From assembly GCA_951406725.2 (NCBI GenBank), contig OX597820.1, positions 24,056,001 to 24,120,000 on the forward strand: DNA of 64,000 nt. The letters are read 5' to 3'. Below, in pieces: positions 28,047 through 42,154 of the stretch (within the stretch, counting starts at the first letter, position 1; every line of letters begins with the position of its first letter). The notes under the pieces are model-generated. The model made no database searches, had not been told where the DNA came from, and saw only the letters and a program-made list of their open reading frames with translations. The position numbers and the translations under genes are program-made. The DNA comes from Octopus vulgaris. Lineage: Eukaryota.

Positions 28047-28484
28047 TTACTGGCCCCAACACAATCATAAGAATAGATGCACATATACAGAGAAACAGTC
28101 TTACGAATGCAAAAACACGAATTCAAAATATATACACACTCCCACAAACACATAATACCCGATGTCACTTGCACACACACGCACACACATATGGCCCAAG
28201 AAAACAAAATACACAAGCAATCGATGAGACCAAACGAATCATCAATTTAAATTTGTTTCCTCATCACTCTGGTTGTCATGGTAGCGAGCCACCATTATCA
28301 ACTTTCTTCGTTCATGACGTCCATTAAGAAATCTGCCAGTTGTACCTTGTTAGTAATGCAACAGACAATGTTTGACTGGATAAAACATATTGGGATCTGT
28401 TTGGTTTTTGTTAATGATTATCAATGATTGTTGTTGTTGTTGTTGTTGTTGCTGTTGTTGTTCTTAATAGCATTTGTAGTAATA

Positions 28485-30562
<2,078 letters not shown>

Positions 30563-30567
30563 TTATA

Positions 30568-30609
<42 letters not shown>

Positions 30610-30894
30610 TATTATTATTATTGCCTTGATGCAATACCAGGCAGTGGTACTCATGGCTTCTGATCTTAACTTATTGGAAGTGTTATCATGTACAATGTTT
30701 TGTCTTGGTATATAAGATGGGCTGATATGCCCTCCAGCCTTCTTTAGATGTGTTGGGGAAATTTCTTCCTAAGGTATTTTTCTATGTTATTATTATTGAA
30801 GTTAGCAGGAACTGAACTTCTGAAGAAATGATTAAACTCAATAACGATCTGTTAAGCAACAACTACTCCCAAAAGTATACTATCCAATCCAATT

Positions 30895-31374
30895 ATGAGG
30901 AAGAGAGAGGATGAGGCCAATAAACTGTCCATAATCTGTCTACCCTATATGAAAGGCCTCTCCGAAGAAATACAAAAGATATGCGGCCCATATGACATCG
31001 GGACAGTATTTAAGAGTAATACAACACTTCGCAAATATGTTCTTCGGTTAAAACCACCAATAGAAGATAATATGACCAAAGACTGCGTGTACTCCATCCC
31101 ATGCAGCTGTGGTAGGTTCTACAAAGGCGAAACATGCCGCCCCCTCAAAATAAGAGTAGACGAACATTGCAACGCCGTGACACGAGGAGATATTGGTAAA
31201 TCAGGTATAGCTGATCATGTATGGAAAAATGGAGACCACCTCCCCCTGTGGGATGAAGTTAAAATAATAGACAGAGAACACCACTGGAAAATACGAAAAC
31301 TAAAAGAAGCAGCACATATGCTAAGACACAACAACCTCCTAAGCAGGCCGAGTGAAGATATGAGCAGCATATAG
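30895..31374 (+). pseudogene. Penelope RT-linker and GIY-YIG endonuclease fragment
   Basis: LPYMKGLSEEIQKI..VFKSNTTL..CVYSIPCSCGRFYKGETCRPLKIRVDEH..SGIADH..WDEVKIIDRE..RKLKEA; no RT part upstream. Confidence 0.9.
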
Positions 31375-31430
31375 AAACTGGTATTAAGGAAGGATAGAAA
31401 AATATTAAATTTATAAGCCCTGAAGTTCAC

Positions 31431-31501
31431 GGGTATATGGCGTAGTGGTTAAGAGCGCGGGCTACTAACCCCAAGATTCCTAGTTTGATTCCAAGCAGCG
31501 A

Positions 31502-31505
<4 letters not shown>
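31431..31505 (+). promoter_or_regulatory. tRNA-like segment with Pol III A/B boxes inside the PLE terminal repeat
   Basis: A box TGGCGTAGTGG and degenerate B box AGTTTGATTCC at tRNA-like spacing; acceptor stem broken. Confidence 0.6.
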
Positions 31506-31563
<58 letters not shown>

Positions 31564-31610
31564 TCGAAAAATACCTTAGGAATGAGAACCCTGGTTCGAA
31601 ATTTCCCCAA

Positions 31611-31653
31611 GACACCTGATGAAGGCTGGAGGGTATAACAGCCGAAACGTGTT
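31611..31653 (+). ncRNA. Minimal type I hammerhead motif, probably inactive
   Basis: GACAC-CTGATGA-A-GGCTG(10 nt)CAGCC-GAAAC-GTGTT: stems I and II pair, but the NUH triplet is missing. Confidence 0.75.
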
Positions 31654-32269
31654 AACAACAAACAAGATGAGGACAAATATCCATTGAATGTAAATAATGT
31701 AAATAATACATAATATAATATAATATAATATAATATAATATAATATAATATATTACGCCTTAATATACTATTATATGGTATAATATGCATGTATGTATCT
31801 ATTGTCTAAAGTTTATATACTTTAGCATTATATTAATTATATCAATCGTTGATATAGCTTACGTGGGCGCGAATTGCATGTGCCTCTGTATATGTGTATG
31901 TTGTGTGTACGTGTGCGTGCGTGCACACGCGTATGTATGTTTCATTAGTAGTTTATGCAGGAGTTTAACGTTCAAGTCTTGTTATCAAAGAGAGAAGATT
32001 TTTTAATTACGGTATTCTGTAGTATATAATTAATGCTAATTTATAAATTTTGTCTAATGCATTATGTATTAACTTTACAGGGCTTTTCATAATGGATTTC
32101 TTCAATAAATTAACATTCGATTCATATGATATCATTTACATGCACTTATATATGTTTATATTGGCGGGGTGACTGATGTACTTGTGGCATATTTTATTTT
32201 GTATTGTTCTATATATATTGACCTATTTGTGAGAATATCATTTGTTAATTGGTGTTTGTTTTATTGGGT

Positions 32270-32530
32270 GGATTTGTTTAGCTAGGCATAGTTTTGTAGT
32301 TAAATAGCTTGCATTGTAACCACCACGTTACAGACTCAGTCACACTGTGCAAGAACCATGGCCAAGTGTCACTCTGGCCGACCATTGACTTGTCAGTGAA
32401 CTTGATAGACTGAAACTGAAAGAAGCGCTATGATAGAAGATACTTTTCCAAGATACTATACAGTTTGACTGAGCTTGAAACTACACAATTACGAAGCAAA
32501 ATTTTTAACCACACGACCTTGTCTGCGCTA
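32270..32530 (+). mobile_element. Old SINE family B remnants (head, plus reverse fragment)
   Basis: Diverged similarity to family B. Confidence 0.6.
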
Positions 32531-32609
32531 ATAAATGGAAACAGATGCGACATATATATATGTGTTTTCTACTGAATGTATATGTCTATATATGCTTGGG
32601 AATGGAGTT

Positions 32610-33645
32610 TTATTGGTATTGTTGTACCTGCTGAATTTTAGAACGGAGCTGTTCTCTGTGCCTCGCCCTCATTTCTCGAACATCTTCTGGTGTATCTGTT
32701 ACGATTAGTATATCATTCTCACAGCTGATGTATATCATATCTTGGTGTCACTTCGTTCTTCTAATGTGGATTTAAAGAGAACATAGCAAACGTGAGCCCT
32801 AAGCGAGAACTCATGGCTATGACATGTTTTACCTCTATAATTCGCCTTGTGGGCAGTAAAGGCTACAATTGTATACTGCATTAATTATTTCCTCAGTATG
32901 TTTGCTAGAAAGGTGGGTAGTTTTATATTTGCTTAGTTGTATAGATTATTTAATGCTGGAACGATGGTAAACAGATTCTCTACGTCTAAGATCGAAATGT
33001 CGCTTACTTCATTGATTTCGCTGGAAATTCTTCAAATGCCTGTATATATTCTCTCTCTTTGGTGTATATCATGTGAGAGTGTCTAATTGTTCACTGGTCT
33101 TGTATTAGTACGGTTACTTGCAATATTTATAACTCGAGAAAGGTTGCATTATTTGACGCCAAAAGAAAAAGAAAAGTCGAAGAAAAATATCAAGAATGTA
33201 AGGTGCAAAGACAAAAAGAATAACTCCTTCTGCCAATTCTTCCTCGCCATCTTTGTTCCAGTCTATTTTATCCGATGATTGGCCTTCTCTACCATCAGCC
33301 CCGTCAACTTGGAGCAATCTCTCAACCACGAATTAATTATGTATGCTGTTTATATTAGTCAGACTGGTGTTTTCATCTTGATCTTTGCATTCAATACGCT
33401 TCGGCTGCTGTAAGCTCCAGCCTTCTTCTAGCGTCTTGTATTGAACTCGGTTGTTGTATCGAAATTTCAAATTTAACACTTTATTTGACTTCCAAGGATA
33501 TACTGTTCTCATTCTGCTCTCTGCGTTTCGTGGTATTATGTGAATTAAACTTAGTGCCTTGCTTTGAATTGAACTCAGAAGTCCGTAGGTGAATACAGTG
33601 CAGTCACCTATAGGTTGTGAGTTCAATCCCAGGTAAGGCACTGAG
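32610..33645 (-). mobile_element. Decayed Penelope-like element: fold-back, pLTR with degenerate HHR, RT motifs
   Basis: Minus strand has SILDVENLFTIVP (~32960-33000), IAMSSRLGLTFAM (~32780-32825; cf. AMGSPLGPTFAN) and ENDILIV..SSVLKFS (~32630-32720). The upstream HHR relic at 33390-33436 (AGAAGAAGGCTG..CAGCCGAAGCGTA) is related to 31611. Confidence 0.65.
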
Positions 33646-34321
33646 GCAATTTACATAATTTCAACTGAAGCAAAATATAAATTCCTCATCTCAGCAATAT
33701 AGTTACATGAAATAATTGAAAAGAAAGAACCGATGGTGATGAGATATGTGCTGTAATGAACTCTTCAATGGGATGAAATCGTCAAGGAGATTGTATTTGT
33801 AAGTTCATCACTGTAATGAATTTAGTCTGATTAACTTTTTAATTGTGTGATATTAATGTTTCTGAGGTACTTCCCAACTATCGATAGCTATTTATAAAAA
33901 AAATATTTACTAAAGTATAGGTAAATAAATTATTACATTCGTGAAACGGGTGTAACAGTTGATCGGCGGACTTTCGGAATAGCCATCGTTACTTCATGGA
34001 GAAGATAAAGGACAAGGAATTGGGAGTTTGTTTCCCTCTGTGAAAGAAGGAAACATTAAATCTCTTAACATTTTATATATTTTGTGAGCGGTGGAGAACA
34101 TTATCTTCATATTTGAGTTGAGTGATTTTCCAATGTAAAGTTTACTTAGTGTAATTGTAATGCTGTGTAATTAGTTGTGAAAGATTATGTATTATTAATA
34201 GCTGATTATGGCATTCGCCCAAACTATAAATTTACTCACTCACCTACTCCCTCCCTCACTTCTTGCCTTTCTCTTTCTTCATATTTTATACCTACAGGTG
34301 TCGGCGATCATGGAGCGCTAT

Positions 34322-34550
34322 AAGGCAGCGAGCTGGCAGAATCGTTAGCACGCCGGGCGAAATGCTTAGCGGTATTTCATCTGTCGTTACATTCTGAGTT
34401 CAAATTCCGCCGAGGTCGACTTTGTCTGTCATCCTTTCGGGGTCGATAAATAAAGTACCAGTTTCGCACTGGGGTCCTTGTAATCGACTTAATCCATTTG
34501 TCTGTCCTTGTTTGTCCCCTCTATGTTTAGCCCCTTGTGGGTAGTAAAAA
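34322..34550 (+). mobile_element. SINE family A, full-length
   Basis: Close match to other family A copies. Confidence 0.9.
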
Positions 34551-34884
34551 ATATATGTGAAAGCCTGAAGATTCAGCTTTTGGTGGCGGGTAGATCGGTT
34601 GTGCGGAGAATACAGCATTGGTTTCTTGTTGCCTTCTGTTATTTACATTTTATTATGCTAGCTTTCTGTTTTTACGAGCTGACCTTTGAAGCACTGGGGT
34701 TATTTGGTTCTCGGGCACAGTGACTGATTCACGTGATATCAGAGGATGTCCGTGTGACGCATGTATAGGACCTGCCCTACGCAGTTTCCTTAGCAACAGG
34801 ACATATGAACATTAAATATTAATATTAATGTTATTACATACAAAGGCGCCTTGTACCTATAGTAGAAAGGTCTATTAAACACAA

Positions 34885-35295
34885 AGACGACCAGCTGGTA
34901 CAGTCGTTAGAACACCAGGCAAAAATGCTTAGAGATATTTCATTCGTCTTTATGTTCTGAGTTCAAATTCCGCTAAGGTCGACTTTGTCTTTTATCCTTT
35001 CGGGGTCGATAAAATAAGTACTAGTTGAGCACTGCAGTCGATGTTATTGCTGGCCTTGTGCCAAAATTTGAAACCAATACTGATTTACACACACACACAC
35101 AAACATTAATGCATCGAGGTGGCAGATTCGTTGGCACGAAGGACAAAATTCTTAGTAATTTCGTCCATATTATAACGTTCATTGCTCAGATTCCGCCAAG
35201 GGCGAAAATAAATACCAGTCAAGTACTGGGGTTAATGTAATCAACCTTTCTTACCCCTCAAAAATAGCTGCTCCTGTGCCAAAATTTGAAACCAT
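34885..35295 (+). mobile_element. Two diverged SINE family A copies
   Basis: Core plus GCCAAAATTTGAAACC tail variant. Confidence 0.75.
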
Positions 35296-35311
35296 TAATA
35301 TTTTAAATATT

Positions 35312-35525
35312 TATCAGATTGTCAGAAAATTCGTTCGTTTCTTTCTAATCTTGTTTGAACAAACACGAAAAACAGCCGTTGATTTCTAACGTCAAAGCAT
35401 TGACAAGCTAATGGAACGCTGTCAAGAAGTCGTGAACAATGAAGGAGAATGTAATATTGACTGATTTGTTTAAAATGCTGGTGAAAAATAAGGATTAAGC
35501 TAAAGGAAAAGAAACGAACGATTTA
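35312..35525 (+). mobile_element. Mariner deletion derivative
   Basis: Partial TIRs AATTCGTTCGTTTC / GAAACGAACGATTT; interior DF*RQSIDKLMERCQEVVNNEGECNID*. Confidence 0.7.
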
Positions 35526-35559
35526 AGCTTACATACATATACTTATAAACGTATAGGAA

Positions 35560-35862
35560 TATCACGTGACCGACTAGGTTATCAGATAATGCTACACATA
35601 AATGGTCACAATGCGCTTCGCATTGTTTTAGCCTTCGAATGACGCCACCCCGCTGGCTAAGCGAGCAGGCCAACAGAACAAAGAGTGAGAAAAAGTCGTG
35701 GCGAAAGAGTACAGCAGGGATCGCTACCACCCCCTACTGGAGCCTCGTGGAGCTTTGGGTGTCTTTGCTCAATAAACACTCACAACGCTCGGTCTGGGAA
35801 TCGAAACCGCGATCCTACGACCGCGAGTCCGCTGCCCTATCCACTGGGCCATTGCGCTTCCT
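35560..35862 (-). mobile_element. SINE with family C head and a different 3' half
   Basis: About 35685-35862 matches 10027-10205; the remainder (..GGGTGGCGTCATTCGAAGGCTAAAACAATGCGAAGCGC..GGTCACGTGAT) is unrelated to the 10 kb tail. Confidence 0.82.
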
Positions 35863-35871
35863 CACGTATAG

Positions 35872-35999
<128 letters not shown>

Positions 36000-36054
36000 G
36001 TGTGTTTGTGTGTATATAGACTGTTTGAAGTGGTGTGCAGATTTCATATATATT

Positions 36055-36208
36055 AAGAAGTAGGAGGTGGTCGAAATTTTGGATAATTATTAATTATTTA
36101 TTTAGCGCTTTCATCTCGTACCGGAGAATCATCAGAAACGATGATTCTCTGAAACGAGATGAAAGTGCTTAAATAATTATCCAAAATCCTGACTACCTCC
36201 TACCTCTT
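36055..36208. repeat. Fold-back palindrome centred on a hammerhead core
   Basis: Arms of about 70-80 bp around AGAAAC (36134-36139), next to (TA)n. Confidence 0.88.
36098..36139 (-). ncRNA. Minimal type I hammerhead motif
   Basis: GTTT-CTGATGA-TTCTC(CGGTAC)GAGAT-GAAA-GCGC-TA|AATA; palindromic stem III AGCGCT; stem I weak because of the inversion point. Confidence 0.7.
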
Positions 36209-36599
36209 TATATATATATATATATCGAGCGTTAAGCTAATACGTCTGTTTGTTGTTTACACACCCGTCTTCGTCTTTTGTTTTGTTTTGTAAATTCCTA
36301 CAATATATATATATACATGGACGCGCGCACACGTATATATGCAGATATATTTCTACAAATACACACGTACCTATAAGCCTATATCAACATCGCGTGCGAA
36401 CGCGTTTTTGTGTAGATGTGTTGGGCGCGCGCATGTGTATTTGTGTTACTACATGCATAGTGTGGTGGTGAAAATGTAATTTGCTTGCTCATCAATTTTG
36501 ACATCTCAAACTCATTTCCTTTCCTATTAGAGGTTCAATTCTCACACGCAGTCGTCACGTTCTGTTTAGTTTGGATTAAATATAATTTAAATTCCATAC

Positions 36600-36686
36600 A
36601 TTTATATATATATATATATATATATACATATATATGAGTATATGTATATATACGTACAAATACATATATGTATATATGTATACATA

Positions 36687-36746
<60 letters not shown>

Positions 36747-37014
36747 AATACAAACATTTATATATTTATATACATACATATATATATATACATATATATA
36801 CATATACATATATCTACATACACACATATACATGTATATATGTATGTGTATATATATACATCTATATCTATCTATCTATCTATATATATGTATGTATATT
36901 TGTGCATATATGTATATTTGTGCATATATATATATATATATATGTATGTATATATGTGCATATATGTATATACATATATGTATGTATGTATGTATGTATA
37001 TATTTGCATATATG

Positions 37015-37047
<33 letters not shown>

Positions 37048-37125
37048 GTGCATATATGTATATATGTATGTATGTATGTATATATATATATATATACACA
37101 CACATACATATTATAATATATATAT
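36600..37125. repeat. Degenerate (TA)/(TATG)/(TACA) low-complexity tract
   Basis: Directly visible. Confidence 0.95.
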
Positions 37126-37263
37126 TTAGTAAATTCATCTAATTCCTGCTTATGATTTTATCTCTTCATTTTATTTTACTGTTTAATTCAAACCCATTAA
37201 TTCGGTTCATTATTTTAATTTTTGATCTTGCTTGCTTGCTAGATTTATTTATTGAAGAATGAA

Positions 37264-37456
37264 ACCACCACCAACCACCACCACCACCACCACCACCACC
37301 ACCACCACCACCACCACCACCGCCGCCGCCGCCGCCACCCCCACCACCGCCGCCGCCACCCCCACCCCCACCAACGCCACCCCCAGCCCACCAACGCCAC
37401 CGCCACCGCCACCACCACCGCCACCGCCACCGCCACCACCACCACCACCACCACCG
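37264..37456. repeat. (CCA/CCG)n microsatellite
   Basis: Directly visible. Confidence 0.95.
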
Positions 37457-37549
37457 TTGAACTCAGATCAACTATATATCACGAGGCATTTTGTCGACTG
37501 CTGTACCGATTCGTCCAGTTTGCAAACCATATTAATTTCTAATGGCTCT

Positions 37550-38406
37550 CCGTCGGTTACGACGACGAAAGTTCAGTTGATCCGATAAACGTGCAAGTGG
37601 CTGAGCACCCCACAGACACGTGTACCCTTAACGTAGTTCTCAGGGAGATTCAGCCTGACACAGAATGTGAGAAGGTTGGCCCTTTGAAATACTGAGAGGA
37701 CTGGAGCGACGTGAAATAAAGTGTCTTGCTCAAGGACACAAAACGTCGCTGGGAGTTGAACTCACGACTTTACGATCGTGAGCCGAATACCCTAACCACG
37801 AAGCCACGAGCCTCCACATATGAATAGAAAATAAAGCGGTGAGCTGGCAGAATAGTTATCGTACCAGGCAAAATGCTTAGCGTCGTTACGTTCTGAGTTC
37901 AAATTCCGCCGTATTGTGATTTGACGGATTTATCCTTTCGGGGTCGATAAAATAAGTACCATTGAACACTGGGGTCGATATAATCGACGTAGCCCCTCCC
38001 CCGAAATAGCTGACCTTGTGCCAAAATTTGAAACCGATATAATCAAACATTTAGGAGGATGATGAAATCAATTAAGCACTAAGAGTTGTTGTTGAGCAGT
38101 TAGTGACTAAAGAGTCGAGTATTTCGTGCATTGGTTGTTACTAAAATTGTTCTACAATAATAATTATAATAATAATCCTTTCTATTATAGGCAAAAGGCC
38201 TGAAATTTTGGGGGAGGGGACTAGTCAATTATATCGACCCCCTCCCCAGTGTTTCACTGGTACTTAATTTATTGACCCTAAAAGGATGAAAAGCAAAACC
38301 GACCTCGGCGGAAAAAGCAAAAATCGACCTCAGAACGTAGCGACAGGCGAAATATCGCTAAGCACTTCGTCCAGTGCCTTAACGATTCTGCAAGCTCGCC
38401 GCCTTA
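37550..38406. mobile_element. SINE family D (minus, to ~37817), SINE A (plus, 37833-38040) and SINE A (minus, 38170-38406)
   Basis: Shared family sequences. Confidence 0.8.
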
Positions 38407-38419
38407 CAGTGATAATAAT

Positions 38420-38455
<36 letters not shown>

Positions 38456-38520
38456 GCCGTAGTCATCATCATCATCATCATCACCATCATCATCACCATC
38501 ACCATCATCATCACCATCAC

Positions 38521-38571
<51 letters not shown>

Positions 38572-39324
38572 TATCATCAGCATCATCATCACCACCACCA
38601 TTACCAGCAGCAGCAGCAGCAGCAGCACCACAACCACTGCCCTTCAGTGACTAAAGGGTTGAGAATTAGTGCATTAGCAGTTAGTTAATAAAATTGTTTT
38701 GCAAGCAAAATTATCATCATCATCGTCGTGTTCCCATGGTCCTCCTCCCCTCTCCTCCTCCTCCTCCTCCTCCTCATCATCATCATCATCATCAGCCCCA
38801 CTACTACCATCATCATTACTACTACCACCTCCATACTGCCGCCGTCGTCATCCTCCTCATCATTATCATCCTCATCATTATGGAGGAAGACACAGTTTTG
38901 GGTTTAATCTGTTAAGGGTTAAATAAATATGTGTAAAGTTCTTGACCTGCTTAACTGAATACACTTATTTTAAAGCAATTAATAATTTTGTTTGGCAAAC
39001 TGATTTTGATAGAGTATATGCTTTTCTCTCTTTGTCGCCCTACTCACCAAGTGAATAAAAAAAGAACACCAAATGGAAAGATGTGAGAAAACTGAAATTG
39101 ATAGAGTACAATCGAGAAAAAATACATTCAACATGTCCAAAGATTTTGACATGTTTACCATTAAATACGCAATAAGGCAACGAGGTGATAGAGCTGTTAG
39201 CAAGTCGGATGTAAATGCTTAGGGGCTATCTTCCGCTTAGATGGACTTTGCTTTTCATCCTTTCGGTGTTGATAAAATAAGGCGCAACTCCTTTTCGATG
39301 CTGTGATTGTTTATTTTTAGAATG

Positions 39325-39683
39325 CATTTTAGTTTACGTGTGGGAGGACAGATCTCGTTGGTTTGAACACAAAACAGGTAACATATTTGGGCTGGATATG
39401 ATCGATTTTAATGCCAACGGGTTAAAACTGCTGGCCTTGTGCAAAAATTTAGAACGATTCGAAACCATAAAATACTAAATATTGAAAACAAAGAAATAAA
39501 ACTCCATGTTTTAGTTTAGGTGTGAGAGACCAGAACTGGCTGGTTTGAATATAAAACAGGTAAAATATTTGGGCTGTATATGGTCGACTTAACGGATTAA
39601 AATTGCCGGCCTTGTGCAAAAATTCAGAACCACTCGAAACCATAAAATACTAAATATTGAAAGTAAAGAAATAAAATTTCCAT
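39325..39683. repeat. Diverged tandem duplication, about 180 bp x2
   Basis: Both units end GGCCTTGTGCAAAAATT.AGAAC...TCGAAACCATAAAATACTAAATATTGAAA..AAAGAAATAAAA..TCCAT. Confidence 0.85.
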
Positions 39684-39699
39684 AGATATTTTTAATCCT

Positions 39700-40096
39700 T
39701 TCATATGTTAAATACGAGCAAAATGCCCCGCCTCCAATGGACGGTGCTGAGTTGTCAAACATTTAAATCAAATTTTCTCAAAACAATTTGTCCGACCATC
39801 CCATAGGCCTCCCCTTTGAGAAACACTGATTGAACCTAAATTTGGGACACCAGCAAAAGAAGAAATAAAACTAGACTTTTTTCTATTCCAAGAAAGACGA
39901 TTTTACAAATGCACGTTTCCACGGCTTTATCGATCGCATTCTCACTTGGAATCAATTTTTGTAATTTTTTCAAGGCTTATACACGCCCTGATACCGTCGG
40001 TATCTACATATCAAATTTGAGCGCAATTGGATGGAGGATGCCTGATATCTTAGAAGACATACACACAGATAGACAGAACGGATTTTATATAATAGA
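39700..40096 (-). mobile_element. 5' portion of a second non-autonomous Helitron-like element
   Basis: Minus strand starts TCTATTATATAAAATCCGTTCTGTCTATCTGTGTGTATGTC, a typical Helitron 5' end; 3' hairpin/CTAG not found, so the left boundary is uncertain. Confidence 0.55.
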
Positions 40097-40594
40097 CTAG
40101 CAGTATCGCCCGGCGTTGCTCGGGTTTGTAAGGGAAATAACTATATAAGCATTTTTAGAGAGTTATAGCCAAAAAATAGCAAAAAAATGCATTAAAAATG
40201 GAAAAAAAAATGATGGTAAATTTTTTAAAATCGTTGACTCATCGTAGACATTTTTAGAGAGTTACTTCCCTTATATAATAGCGAAAAAATGCATTAAAAT
40301 GGAAAAAAATGATGGCAAATTTTTTTTTAAATCGTTGACTCAACGTAGACATTTTTAGAGAGTTACTTCCCTTATATAATAGCGAAAAATTGCATTAAAA
40401 TGGAAAAAAATGATGGCAAATTTTTTTAAAAATCGTAGACTCATCGTAGACGCGCGCTAATACCCAGAAAGGCTCGATATGAATCACGACTATAAGATAC
40501 CCGGTTTTGGTTAAACTGCACCGCAAAATGTGGGAGTAGTTAGGAATCTAAATCGTAGGAGACAGACACACAACTTCTCTTTTATATTTAAAGA
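40097..40594 (-). mobile_element. Complete non-autonomous Helitron
   Basis: Minus strand A|TCTTTAAATATAAAAGAG...CCCGAGCAACGCCGGG-CGATACTG-CTAG|T: 5' TC, 3' hairpin, CTAG, A|T target and no TSD; three internal ~100-bp tandem units (40150-40450). Confidence 0.88.
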
Positions 40595-41219
40595 TTTGGT
40601 CGAATTTGCCATTTTAAGACTCGTCTCGTTAGTCACATAAGTTTACATGAAACAAAACAAAGCAATAAGAAATCATAACCTCTGGAGAGAACATGAATTA
40701 TTATGTAGCGAGCGTTGAGTCTCTGTTGGTGGCCTGCACACGATACCAATTGCAATGATGTTGCATTGCATTTAATTGAAAAGATACAGGTGTGATAAAA
40801 TTTGTAAATCATCAGGTGGGTTAAAGATACATCTATTTGTTACTCATTAAAACAGAATGGTCATACTCATTATGACTGTACCGACATCACACACATACGC
40901 TGGCACATATACACGCACGCACACACACTTACGCTCGCGCCTGCGCACAGGCAACCAGGTTCGCAAACGTATACGAGCAAAATAAACATCGGACATGTTT
41001 TTTCCTGTAGCAGAAACTGCAGGAGCTGCTTAATGATATTGCAAGCTTTTCTCTTAATGGCGACTAAAGCAAACTTCTATACCTTTTAGCAGATATCTTG
41101 GTGTTACAAGTGTTTCGCTCCTTTACCTGAGTTGGGTAAAGAGACCCAAGTTAATCTTCACCAACAGAAGCGTTTTATCAGCTCTCTCTCCTCCTCCTCT
41201 CTATTTCTATGTATGTGTA

Positions 41220-41303
<84 letters not shown>

Positions 41304-41321
41304 ATCTATCTATATGTATGC

Positions 41322-41397
<76 letters not shown>

Positions 41398-41739
41398 ATA
41401 AATTGAAAGGTATAGTGAATAAACGCTCTAATTGGTCAAACCAACTTTATAACATTCCAATATTATCATAAATCGAACATAAATATATATTAGAACAACA
41501 GGGCATCAAGTGGTAAAAGCCAATTGTATAAAATATACACATATGTACGAATAAAAGGTGATAAACCGAAAAGAGTAACACGAGTGAAGTCGAATGACGG
41601 AAAATATATGCAATAAATTAATGAATGATAAAAGCGACTAAAAATTTAAGGCAATGAAAGTAAAATAATATAAAAATATAAGTATAAATATGAAAATAAA
41701 GGGCAAAGTGGTAACTAGAAAAGAGTCCATTCAAATCCA

Positions 41740-41830
41740 TCTCTACGATCGTTTCAAAAGATATTGCCTCATTTCGTCAATGTAACATCCATTAAGGAAA
41801 TCCAAAGGCAATGAGCTTTTCTTCAGGAGA
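41740..41830 (-). ncRNA. Type I hammerhead ribozyme with intact core and long stem II
   Basis: TCTC-CTGAAGA-AAAG..ATTGCCT(long loop)AGGCAAT..CTTTT-GAAA-CGATCG-TA|GAGA; stem I TCTC/GAGA, palindromic stem III, GUA site. Confidence 0.82.
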
Positions 41831-41954
41831 AAATTAAACAAGTCTCACATTTGTGGTTGTCAGTGTTAGCTGAACACTTCCATCTGCAGTCCTATTTTAC
41901 TTCTTTGGTTTAACGAAATTACATTTCGGTTGAACGAAATGATAAAATTATCCT

Positions 41955-42091
41955 CAGGCATGGCTGTATGGTTAGTAGCTTGCTTACCAACCAACTGCGT
42001 GGCACCTTGGGCAAGTGTCTTCTATTATAGCCTCGGGCCGACCAAAGCCTTTTGAGTGGATTTGGTAGACGGAAACTGAAAGAAACCCATC

Positions 42092-42154
<63 letters not shown>

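Larger units (their letters stand above)
30718..31720 (+). mobile_element. 5'-truncated Penelope-like element with an inverted pLTR fragment at its 5' end
   Basis: GIY-YIG ORF, then tRNA-like segment, (TAA)n and HHR; 30720-30797 is a reverse-complement copy of about 31550-31642. Confidence 0.88.

Noticed and set aside
30563-30654. N-terminus MSTTAWYC..YYYY of the 305-aa ORF
   Set aside because: In-frame read-through of flanking sequence and microsatellite beyond the LINE's 5' truncation.
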